Shown: piece by piece, positions 19,383-28,500 of the stretch
Numbering within the stretch: the first letter of the stretch is position 1
Layout: each line of letters begins with the position of its first letter
Source of the DNA: an uncultured bacterium
GTDB lineage: Bacteria; Bacillota_I; Bacilli_A; RFN20; CAG-826
Direction of reading: 5' to 3'
NCBI GenBank assembly: GCA_949296775.1
Contig: CASFQA010000005.1
Coordinates: forward strand, 3,320 to 67,319
DNA length: 64,000 nucleotides
The notes under the pieces: generated by a model
Seen by the model: only the letters and a program-made list of their open reading frames with translations
Told to the model about the DNA's origin: nothing
Database searches by the model: none
Program-made: the position numbers and the translations under genes

Positions 19383-20159
19383 ATTCAAAATATAGGCCCT
19401 TAGGAATATTAATCAATAAGCACCTGTACAGCAGTCGCCCTCTCAGCGCTCAATTTGGGCAAGCGCAAAAGCAAGGGTCGCTGTCCACCAGGGCCACCGG
19501 AAAGATCTTCCGGGAGTCATCAAGCCAGCCGAAGACGAAGATGGCTACGACGATCGAGCCATCACTGACTTTGAAAAACAATGGGAGGCCGACGTTGGAT
19601 TAATGTTAAAGGTGAATGTGATTCCTCTCGCGATCTGCCGGTGGGTGACACCGATTTGGACCACCCCCTTTGTTCGAAGGTGAACCGCCGATAGGGTTGT
19701 ATTACCACGTCTACTGTCCCTTCGTTTCTTGGTAGGAAACGGGGACATTTTTGTTTTGAACCAACTGATAGTAACGGGCTTTGGTCGAATACCTAACGGC
19801 GATGGCTTTCGAAAAAGGCTGAAAAAAGCCACGCTTATAATCGGGGACTTTCCGAAAATAACAAAATCGTTCCATCGATTCGCTTTCATATAAAGATTAA
19901 AGATGGGAAATAGCCAACCGGACGATCCTTCCGCTCAAGATCATTCCATGCAACAGGTTAAAATCAATTCCCCATGGCCGTTCCTGAATGGCAATTATTC
20001 AACGGCAGCATGCACCGCCAGTATATTTTGTGTAAAAGCACCTGTACCAAGCGTCTGTTTTTGCAGGCTTCAGCCGTCTAATCCTGAATAGATTGTTGAA
20101 ATTCTACCGATTATTACTGGAAATTGTGGTTTATGAATGAATAAGGATATGGATTTATA

Positions 20160-20441
20160 ATGCCGGCAAAACTAGCGTCTGATATAGAAACCGCGGGTTT
20201 CCTTTTCGAAGCCTTATGCGAACACGACCTTCGAATCTACGCCGAATCATTCGGTGGCAAGTTGTTACATTGCCAGGATTACAACCGAAACGAAATTGAC
20301 GCGGTAATAGAAATGCCGAGTGGGGAATGGACGGCCATCGAAATCAAACTTGGGGCTAAGCGAATCGACAAAGCGGCGGCCAATCTTCTCCGAATCAACG
20401 ATTTCTTCATCGAAAAAGGCTGCCCCCGCCTGCCAAATTAG
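20160..20441 (+). pseudogene. C-terminal remnant of a DUF4143 AAA+ ATPase
   Basis: NRNEIDAVIEMPSGEWTAIEIKLGAKRID matches the C-terminal nuclease-like motif of the intact DUF4143 ATPase at 20776-22092. No ATPase N-terminus is present. Confidence 0.5.
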
Positions 20442-20581
20442 TTGTGCTGTCTGGTCTAAGTTCCGCGGCTTACCGCCGAAAAGACGGGGTCTATGTCATC
20501 CCGCTTACGGCCTTAAGAAACTAGGCGACGCAGGACGAAAAATATAGCAAACCGGGTCGGTTTGAGTATAATACGCGTTGC

Positions 20582-20658
20582 CGGGACGTAGCACAGCTTG
20601 GTAGTGCACTACCTTGGGGTGGTAGGGGTCACGGGTTCGAATCCCGTCGTTCCGACCA
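20582..20658 (+). tRNA. tRNA-Pro (anticodon GGG)
   Basis: Hand-folded cloverleaf: acceptor CGGGACG/CGTTCCG, D-arm GCAC/GTGC, anticodon loop TTGGGGT, T-loop TTCGAAT, encoded CCA. Confidence 0.85.
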
Positions 20659-20671
20659 GTTCGATAGATAA

Positions 20672-20699
20672 AGCGCTCGCAGAACGGGCGCTTTTTTCT
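20672..20699 (+). terminator. Putative terminator after tRNA-Pro
   Basis: GC hairpin (AGCGC...GCGCT) followed by TTTTTTCTT. Confidence 0.4.
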
Positions 20700-20775
20700 T
20701 GTTTTGCCCTACTAATCAAAACAGCCAAAAGGCTCGAACCTTCGAACCCAGGAAATAGTGAAAAGGCCGCAAAAC

Positions 20776-22092
20776 CTATATGAACATGACCATATAGATC
20801 GGAGCGGTCAATATATTGTCCGCAAAATCCAGCCGATTGGCGTTTTGCAGCACCATTCCCTGACCTAACCGATAATTGCCATTTGGATCAACAAGCTTCG
20901 GCAACGCCCGGTACTCATACCCCATTCGACCGGATTTAACCTCGATTGGCAAAATCGAAAGCGAGTCATAATCATTGACCAGATAATCGACTTCCCCCAC
21001 CTTCTTCGAATCGAAGTAAAACAATTGGTGACCATGGGCAATGAGTTCCTGGGCCACCACCGTCTCATAGACCGAGCCAAGGTTTATCGCCGGGACGTCG
21101 TTAAGAAAAGGCTTAACGTTGTAGTTGAACAGCAGATAAGTCAGGATTCCGACGTCATTGTAATAAAGCTTCATTAAATCCTTCGCGCTCGATTCGCCAA
21201 GAGGAAACCGCGGATCGGAAACGGCTTTGACTGATAAGGCACACCCGGAATCGACCAAATAATCGATCTCATCCTCGTATTTGATCAGGCTGGCCCGCAC
21301 ATCGCCTTCGATTTGCTTCGCCCTAATCCGTTTAACTTTATTCTGAGTATAGGAAAGCAAAGAGTCGTATATCCGGCGTGTCTTTAAGGAATGAGTTTGA
21401 TCATAGCGAGACATATCACCCTTATACGATTCATAAATGGATGATTGGATTTCCCGCGTTTTGTAAACATCGCCTTCTTCCAAAAAGGCCTTGACCGCCT
21501 CCGGCAGACCACCGCAAAGTAGGTATTCCTTGAAAGCCTTAAAAAAGAATTCGTGGGCCGATTGGTTAATTGGTTTCTTTTCGACAAAACTCTGCCGTAA
21601 GGAATCGATGCTTTCTTGCCCCGCCCCACGGGCCCAGAGGAACTCCTCAAAATCCATCGGCCGCATCGAAAGGGACCGGACACTACCCGTTGGAATGAAA
21701 GAAGACCGCATCGCGACCCCAAGTTGCGAACCGGAGCAAATATAATGGAAACGCCGATCAGCCTTCAATGGCTTGAGCATGGAAATAAGGTGAGGATAGA
21801 CCTGGATTTCGTCGAGAAAGATTATTGTGTCTTCGTAAGAACCTAAACTCGCCCCATACAAGGCTGAAACTCGAAGATAAAAATCTCGCATGCCATTAAC
21901 CACTGCAAAATTTTTGCCGCCATCAAAATCGTCCTGCAAGTTAATTTCGACATAATGGGGATATATCGACTTGGCAACATTCCGGCAAATGAAGGACTTT
22001 CCAATTTGCCGCGCTCCATTGACTAAGAGAATGGGCGCATCAGGATCTTTTAATTTTTTTTCGATTAGTTCTGATATTTTTCTTCGATACAT
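20776..22092 (-). CDS. AAA+ ATPase with a C-terminal DUF4143 domain
   Basis: Walker A GARQIGKSF and Walker B IIFLDE. C-terminal EVDYLV...PIEVKSGR motif characteristic of the DUF4143 family. ATG at 22090-22092. Confidence 0.8.
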   Translation of the reverse strand: MYRRKISELIEKKLKDPDAPILLVNGARQIGKSFICRNVAKSIYPHYVEINLQDDFDGGKNFAVVNGMRDFYLRVSALYGASLGSYEDTIIFLDEIQVYPHLISMLKPLKADRRFHYICSGSQLGVAMRSSFIPTGSVRSLSMRPMDFEEFLWARGAGQESIDSLRQSFVEKKPINQSAHEFFFKAFKEYLLCGGLPEAVKAFLEEGDVYKTREIQSSIYESYKGDMSRYDQTHSLKTRRIYDSLLSYTQNKVKRIRAKQIEGDVRASLIKYEDEIDYLVDSGCALSVKAVSDPRFPLGESSAKDLMKLYYNDVGILTYLLFNYNVKPFLNDVPAINLGSVYETVVAQELIAHGHQLFYFDSKKVGEVDYLVNDYDSLSILPIEVKSGRMGYEYRALPKLVDPNGNYRLGQGMVLQNANRLDFADNILTAPIYMVMFI

Positions 22093-22126
22093 GGTATTTG
22101 CCCATAGGAATTATATAGGGTATTTT

Positions 22127-22212
22127 TGTAGTTTTCCAATGTTTTAGGAGACAAAAAAGCGTAGTTTTCCAATGTTTTAGGAGACAAAAAAGCGTAGTTT
22201 TCCAAAATTGTG
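22127..22212. repeat. Tandem direct repeat, 33-bp unit about 2.5 copies
   Basis: GTAGTTTTCCAATGTTTTAGGAGACAAAAAAGC occurs twice in full, followed by a partial third copy. It lies in the upstream region of the DUF4143 ATPase gene. Confidence 0.85.
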
Positions 22213-22235
22213 TCTATAAAGCCTAATTCGCTATC

Positions 22236-22480
22236 AGGATCTCGTCGGCCAAGTCGAGGCACCGCTCGACCAAGCCAGGCTCAATCGTAAAAAACGATTC
22301 GAATCGGCGAAACCGTCACGAATATAAACGCTGTTGAAAAATAGGATAGGGAATAATCCGATGAAACGGGATCGTGGCCAAAGGTAATATCACTCACCCT
22401 GTTTCCAAAGTAATTGGGCGGCAGTCTCCCGGATTCAACTCAAAGTCATTATCCATCGGAAAGAATAACCCAAAACAGAT
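22236..22480 (-). pseudogene. Decayed C-terminal fragment of a paralog of the 23887-24420 lipoprotein gene
   Basis: Minus-strand frames give MDNDFELNPGDCRPITLETG*, then ...SLSYFSTAFIF..., then IEPGLVERCLDLADEILIAN*. These match FPDDFPTSECGIYQITLG, SQRYFSIEP and IEPELVAQCFDLADRIVSESNQSI* of the intact protein. The DNA is also similar (22270-22330 versus 23920-23985). Confidence 0.6.
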
Positions 22481-22494
22481 CTTGAAAAAGAAAC

Positions 22495-23826
22495 TCAATA
22501 TCTGTGGACTTCCTTGTCAAACGCTTTCTTCCCATCTACAAAGGAAAGATTAGGATGCCTTTTTAGATACCGATCGAGTGCTGGATCTCGAACGTAACGA
22601 GCAAACTTTTCAGACACGAATTCCCGAAGACGGATATAAAAGCTAGGGTTGTCTCTTTTTGCTCTCAAAGCAATATAGGCCGAAAATTTGATGATCTCCC
22701 CGGTCAAATAGCACTCTGCGGGGTTTGGCCCTCCGACAGCGGCCTTTTCAATGGCACAAGGCCCTCCGCAATAAGTTTTGTAAAGACAATCCGGACACTC
22801 GCGAGCTTGCTCATCCAGTCTCACGCCGGCATCGGCAAGAACGCCGGGCTCTATAATGGTTCCGAGCAACCCAATAGAGGGGGAGCAAGGATAGACAAAG
22901 CCATCTAAATCAAAGGCGAAACGAGTGATGCCGCCGTCACAACGGTTAATTGTCTTCTTGTTGCCGAAAAACCGGCACAAAAATCTGCCAAACCAATCGT
23001 CTCCATTCATTAAACGCAAAAATCTAGAATCATCTCCAGCCAAAGCATCATGAAGCAAGGCGCGAGATAATCGTTCGTATTCAATCGCCCATGCGTGGGC
23101 GTGTTCCAAATCAAGACGAAAACCATCGCCGCGGACATAACGGTAGCTTAGGGTTTTAAAGATTTTCCCGAGTTCATCAATACTTTCCAGTAAAGGAAAC
23201 GAATCGTTTCCGATAGTCGCCGCGCAACCAATGTAATCCCTGCTAGCAATGGACATCACATTATCCAATATAGTTTTATAAGTGCCTTTGCCGCGATATC
23301 GATCATTTATTACTTCGTTCCCGTCAAGCGATACTCCGAACAATATTTCATGATCTTGAAGCAACTTAGCAATCTTAGGGGTCAGCAACGTGCCATTGCA
23401 AACAAATTGAGGCAAAACCTCGGTCATTATGCGATTGCTGATTTCATGACAGTAATCAGCTAGCGGGAGAATGACATCCAGATTTAACAAAGGCTCACCG
23501 ATTCCTGACAAATCAACGAAATATTTCTGACCGTCCGGAAAAAGAGAAAAGAGGTTATCCAAAATATCCTTAGCCTGCTCAAGGCTCATCCTCCGTCCAG
23601 ACTTGTTCTTGTTAAAACAGTACGAACAACGGAGATTGCATCGGTCAGAAACCGCCAAGCAAAAAGTATAAGCGGTCCTGGGGACAAACTGCGCAATCTG
23701 GGTTAAATCAACAGCAGGAGGAGCGGACGGAAAAAGGCTTGGGTTAAGCGAAAATGCGCGCGAATCTTCATCAATATACAAGTTATCCTGCAGTACCGTA
23801 AAACTTTGTACCATTGCGTATTTCAC
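22495..23826 (-). CDS. Radical SAM enzyme with a C-terminal SPASM domain (peptide/protein-modifying maturase, anSME-like)
   Basis: CNLRCSYC radical-SAM cluster motif. SAM-binding GIGEPLLN. SPASM CxxCx5Cx3C (ECPDCLYKTYCGGPC). About 60 aa precede the cluster motif. Start is either GTG at 23826 or ATG at 23814. Confidence 0.8.
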   Translation of the reverse strand: MKYAMVQSFTVLQDNLYIDEDSRAFSLNPSLFPSAPPAVDLTQIAQFVPRTAYTFCLAVSDRCNLRCSYCFNKNKSGRRMSLEQAKDILDNLFSLFPDGQKYFVDLSGIGEPLLNLDVILPLADYCHEISNRIMTEVLPQFVCNGTLLTPKIAKLLQDHEILFGVSLDGNEVINDRYRGKGTYKTILDNVMSIASRDYIGCAATIGNDSFPLLESIDELGKIFKTLSYRYVRGDGFRLDLEHAHAWAIEYERLSRALLHDALAGDDSRFLRLMNGDDWFGRFLCRFFGNKKTINRCDGGITRFAFDLDGFVYPCSPSIGLLGTIIEPGVLADAGVRLDEQARECPDCLYKTYCGGPCAIEKAAVGGPNPAECYLTGEIIKFSAYIALRAKRDNPSFYIRLREFVSEKFARYVRDPALDRYLKRHPNLSFVDGKKAFDKEVHRY

Positions 23827-23886
23827 TCGCTATAATGCCAGATAGAGAGAATCCATAAAAAGAAAAGAAACCCTAGGCCCCAAAAA

Positions 23887-24420
23887 TTAAATTGATTGAT
23901 TAGATTCAGAGACAATTCTATCGGCTAAGTCGAAGCACTGAGCAACTAGTTCAGGCTCAATAGAAAAATATCGTTGTGAAACGTAAAGCTCATCAGATAA
24001 AACGCGAATCCACCTTGGCAAAAACAATTCCATAAACGGCGGATCTGACCCGAATGCGTGACCAAGCGTGATTTGGTAAATTCCGCATTCAGAGGTAGGA
24101 AAATCATCAGGAAATTGTTCGGGCGCATCAGGATAGCACTTATCGCAAACATTAACTGGGGTGGCCTTTTCGAGTATGTCGATAAAAGGAAGCGAGTCAT
24201 CTCCGAAAACAATTGGTTTCGAATCAAAGGTTAATGAATAGCCTTTCCGAAGAGAAACGCTGCTTAAAACGCTGAAATAAGAAGAGTTCTCGCAGGCGGC
24301 TTTACGCGTGTGATAAGCCAAGAGGCTGCACGAGGATAAGTCGACCGCAGCGAGAACAAAAATCCCGAAAACACAACGAAACAGCCCGTTTGCAAATCTT
24401 TTAGCAAAGCCCGAAAACAT
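23887..24420 (-). CDS. Cysteine-containing putative lipoprotein (candidate rSAM substrate or partner)
   Basis: Signal peptide with an LSSC lipobox, and cysteines including CDKCYPDAPEQ...SECG. Ends 60 nt upstream of the rSAM gene and overlaps the preceding gene, consistent with an operon. Confidence 0.55.
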   Translation of the reverse strand: MFSGFAKRFANGLFRCVFGIFVLAAVDLSSCSLLAYHTRKAACENSSYFSVLSSVSLRKGYSLTFDSKPIVFGDDSLPFIDILEKATPVNVCDKCYPDAPEQFPDDFPTSECGIYQITLGHAFGSDPPFMELFLPRWIRVLSDELYVSQRYFSIEPELVAQCFDLADRIVSESNQSI

Positions 24421-25501
24421 AATCGCTGAAAAGCTCCGTCACCTTGGCTCGAACGTTTACTGGTTTCTTGTCCTCGCTCGAAGGATAAGTTTTATTTCCG
24501 TTCAACAAGTAATACTTGGCCACATCGGTTCCGTTTGAATAAGAAGACGATTCCTTCCAAACGCCATTGTTATAAGTCAAGCCAAGCATGTCCCCTACTT
24601 CGCAGAGGAACTTTTGCTTATTCGACCCACTCCAAGAGGAATTTGATTTTGAAAGTACCGCATCAACAAAATGGTTTTTTCGGAAAGTATCATTGAGATT
24701 ATGGTAATAGTTTTCCACCGCTGTCGAAACATGCTTATCGGATGGCAAAAAATCTCTGGCAATAATCATTCCGTCGATATCGGCCAAAACATCTTCCTGG
24801 GAACATTGCCCAAAAACTGACATAAACTTGCCAAAGTTGTTCATGCCAAGAACAGTTGAATATTGATCTATGCGAATCGAATTCACCGCCGTTTGCAAAT
24901 CCCCGGCCCAAGAAGCTAAATCCATGACATATTCATCACCCAAGGGTACGGAAGGGGACACAAAACCAATATCCAAGGTATTTTCATAAGCAGCATCCAT
25001 AACGGCGAACATATGGATCAAATCTATGCCGCGGTAGGACTTAACAGGATCTTTAAAACACAAACTTTGCCAAGAAGAACCTCTAGGATGACTAAAATTA
25101 TCGCCACGATGGGCTGAGCCACCCCATTTGCCGCCATCGACAAACTGCGAAAAATAATAACCTGATTGGTTAAAGGCGTCGACGGTCGATGAGACCAAGA
25201 AAATGTTAGGATCATATCCGGCTACATACGCCCAAAGGGCGGCCTTATCAAGTCCGTTGCCGGTGTAGCCGATATAATCCTCATTGAAGCTTCGCAAATA
25301 CATCATAGTGATATTCGGTTCAGCCGAAGACATAAATTGAGCGACTTCAATGCAATAAGCCTTAGCAAAAGGCTCAACAAATTCGATATGGCTAACCAAC
25401 TCGGAAACAGTCGTCGACGAGAAAGAAGTCGACGAAGTAGTTGCCGTTATATTAGTTAATGCTGACAAGGCAACAGGAACAACAGATATAAACGATCCCA
25501 T
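24401..25501 (-). CDS. Hypothetical exported protein (366 aa), first gene of the rSAM operon
   Basis: N-terminal hydrophobic segment and a GGAGG RBS. No recognisable enzymatic motif and no sulfatase C/S-x-P-x-R motif. Confidence 0.55.
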   Translation of the reverse strand: MGSFISVVPVALSALTNITATTSSTSFSSTTVSELVSHIEFVEPFAKAYCIEVAQFMSSAEPNITMMYLRSFNEDYIGYTGNGLDKAALWAYVAGYDPNIFLVSSTVDAFNQSGYYFSQFVDGGKWGGSAHRGDNFSHPRGSSWQSLCFKDPVKSYRGIDLIHMFAVMDAAYENTLDIGFVSPSVPLGDEYVMDLASWAGDLQTAVNSIRIDQYSTVLGMNNFGKFMSVFGQCSQEDVLADIDGMIIARDFLPSDKHVSTAVENYYHNLNDTFRKNHFVDAVLSKSNSSWSGSNKQKFLCEVGDMLGLTYNNGVWKESSSYSNGTDVAKYYLLNGNKTYPSSEDKKPVNVRAKVTELFSDYVFGLC

Positions 25502-25591
25502 ATGGCGCCTCCAAAATTAATATAGACCTTTTCCCGAATGAGTAAAGAAAAGCCCGTCGCGATGGACGGGCTAGACATTCAGCGAAGGAGG

Positions 25592-28500
25592 TTATTCGCC
25601 GAACTTCTTGATGTCGTGATACCGCTGCTCAGCGTACTTCTCGCACTTGGTAAGGAGTTCTTCGGCATGCTCGGGGTTGACGATCGGGAGCTGGCTGAAG
25701 CGGGTCTCCTGCATGATGAAGTCGCGGAGTTTGGAGAAATCCGGTTCCTTGCAGTCGAAGGTGAGCGGGCTCTTGCCCTCTGCCTTTAGGCGCGGATCGT
25801 AACGGAAGGTGGTGAAGTAACCGCATTCGACGGCTTTCTTCTCCTCGGAGATCGAGTTGACGAGGCCGCCTTTGATATGCTGCTCGGCGCAGGGGCAGTA
25901 GCAGATGACTAGGGACGGGCCATCATAGGACTCGGCTTCCTTCAAGGCCTGGATGGCTTTGGCCGGGTTGGCCCCAAGGGCGATCTGGGCGACGTAGACG
26001 TGGCCATAGGCCATGGCCATGAGGGCGAGGTTCTTCTTCGCTTCCTTCTTGCCGGAGGCGGTGAACTTATTGATCGAGCCGGTCTGCGAGGACTTCGAGG
26101 CCTGGCCGCCGGTGTTGGAATAGACTTCGGTGTCGAGGACTAGGACGTTGACGTCGGCTTCATTGGCCAAGACATGGTCAAGTCCGCCATAGCCGATATC
26201 ATAGGACCAGCCGTCGCCGCCGACGATCCAAACCGACTTGTCGATAAGGTCGCGCTCATAGAGTTTGACTTCCTTGACCGCTTCATCCTTCGATTCGTCG
26301 ACCAACTTCATCAGGGTCGGGACGATCGAGCGGACGTATTCGCGGTCTTTGACGTGAGCGAGGTAATCGTCGATGACGGCTTTGAGTTCGTCGCTGACCT
26401 TTTCCGAGGCTTTGGCCGCGGTGAGGATATCGGCGATGCGGGCGAGCTTCTGATCGGTCGCGATCCGCATACCGAAGCCGTATTCGGCGTTGTCTTCGAA
26501 TAAGGAGTTGGCCCAAGCCGGACCATCTTTGCCGTTGTCGTTAACGAAGGGAGTCAACGGAGTCGAGCCGCAGTAGATGGAGGAGCAGCCGGTGGCGTTA
26601 GCGACCAGCATATCCTTGCCGAAGAGCTGGGAGACGATCCGGTAGTACGGGGCTTCGCCGCAGCCGGCACAGGCACCCGAGACTTCCATGTAAGGCTTCT
26701 TGAAGCCGAGCCCCTTGACGGTGGCATCGCTCACTTCGCCCTTCTTCTCGCTGCAGTGGTAGTAGAGGTAATCAGCACCTTTTTGCTGTTCGGCCTGCCC
26801 GTGGGCATCGACCATCTTAAGCGCGTAATGGTCATTGCCCATCCGCTTGGCGGTCGCGTTGGCCATACACTCGGAGACGCAGAGGCCGCAGCCGATGCAG
26901 TTCTCGGTCGAGACCTGGATCCGGTACTTCAAGGTCTTGTCCTTGGTCCCGAGGGCCGGTTTGAGGCCGGCTTTGACGATATCCGGAGCGTTATTGACTT
27001 CCTCTTCGTTGAGGAGGTAAGGACGGATGGTGGCGTGGGGGCAGACGAAGGCGCATTGGTTGCACTGGATGCAGTAAGTCGGATCCCAGACCGGCACCCG
27101 GTCGGCGATGGCCCGTTTCTGGCGGAAGGTGATGTTCTCGTTCATCGTCCCATCAAGCAGCTCGTGCTTGGTGAAGGCCGAGGTCGGGAGCTCATCGCCG
27201 TCGAGCCGATCGATGACTTCGACGTATTCGTCATAATAGGTGTCGCCGGTGTCGGCGGTCGCGACTTTCTGGTAGGGGAGGTTGATCCATTCCGGATCGA
27301 CCTCTATCTCGCGGAGCCCCTTCGGGCCGGCGTCGATGGCGTCCCAGTTGTTCTTGACGATGTCCATGCCTTTCTTCGCATAGGACTTCTCGGCGAACTT
27401 CTTCATCCACTTCTCGGCTTCCGAGTAATCCATGATGGAGGGCGAGAGCTTGAAGAAGGCGGCTTGGAGGGTGGTGTTGGTATGCCGCCCCATATGGCAT
27501 TCGGCCGCCAGCTTGTTGGCGTCGATGACGTAGAACTTGGCGTGCTTTTTGGCCAACAGGTGCTTCATCCGGTTCGGCATCGACTTAACGAGGGTCTCAT
27601 CGTCCATGTTGGTGTTAAGCAGGAAGGTGCCGCCATCTTTGAGGTTGGAGATGATGTCGAACTTGAAGATATAGGTGTCAAGCGAGCAGGAGATGAAGTC
27701 GGCGTTCTTGACGTAATATTCGGAATGGATCGGATCCTTGCCGAAGCGGAGGTGGCTCCGGGTCGTGCCGCCGGCTTTCCGGGAGTCGTATTGGAAATAG
27801 GCTTGGGCGTATTGGTGAGTGGCGTCCCCGATGATCTTGACCGAGCTCTTGTTGGCCGAGACGGTGCCGTCGCTCCCTAAGCCATAGAAGAGGCAGGAGG
27901 TGTAGGAATGCGGGATGACGAATTCCTCATCGACCGGGATCGAGAGGTGGGTGACGTCGTCTTTGATGCCGACGGTGAACCCGTTCCAGTTCTTCTCCGC
28001 GTCGAGGAAGTCATAGACCGACTTGACGTCTTTGGGCTGGGTATCCTTGGAGGAGAGGCCATAACGCCCGCCGATGATGGCATCGAACTTCCGCCCGACC
28101 GAGGCCATGGCGGCGATGACATCGAGATAAAGCGGCTCGCCCATCGCCCCGGTCTCTTTGGTCCGGTCGAGGACGGCGATCTTCTTAACCGACGCCGGGA
28201 TGGCTTCGGAAAGGAGTTTGGCCGAGAACGGACGATAGAGGTGGACTTTGACTAAGCCGACCTTCTCGCCCCGCTTGTTGAGCTCATCGACGACTTCCAT
28301 CGCGGTCTCGGTGACCGAGCCCATGGCGATGATGACTTTAGTCGCTTCCGGATCGCCATAGTAGACGAACGGAGCGTAGGTCCGGCCAGTAAGGCGGGAG
28401 GCTTCCTTAAAGTATTTCTGAGCGACTTCGATGACGTGCTCGAAATGGCTGTTTTGGGCTTCACGGGCTTGGAAGTAGATATCGTCGTTCTCCGCCCCGC

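Noticed and set aside
19545-19889. 114-aa minus-strand ORF in the non-coding stretch
   Set aside because: Basic, low-complexity sequence with no RBS or start context. It is more likely non-coding. The region is flagged as a finding instead.
22065-22262. 65-aa minus-strand ORF with internal ENYAFLSPKTL repeats
   Set aside because: It is simply the translation of the 33-bp DNA tandem repeat and it overlaps the ATPase start. This is a repeat artefact.
26756-27880. 374-aa plus-strand ORF inside the PFOR gene
   Set aside because: Antisense to nifJ. Low-complexity composition. It is a GC-driven open frame and not a gene.
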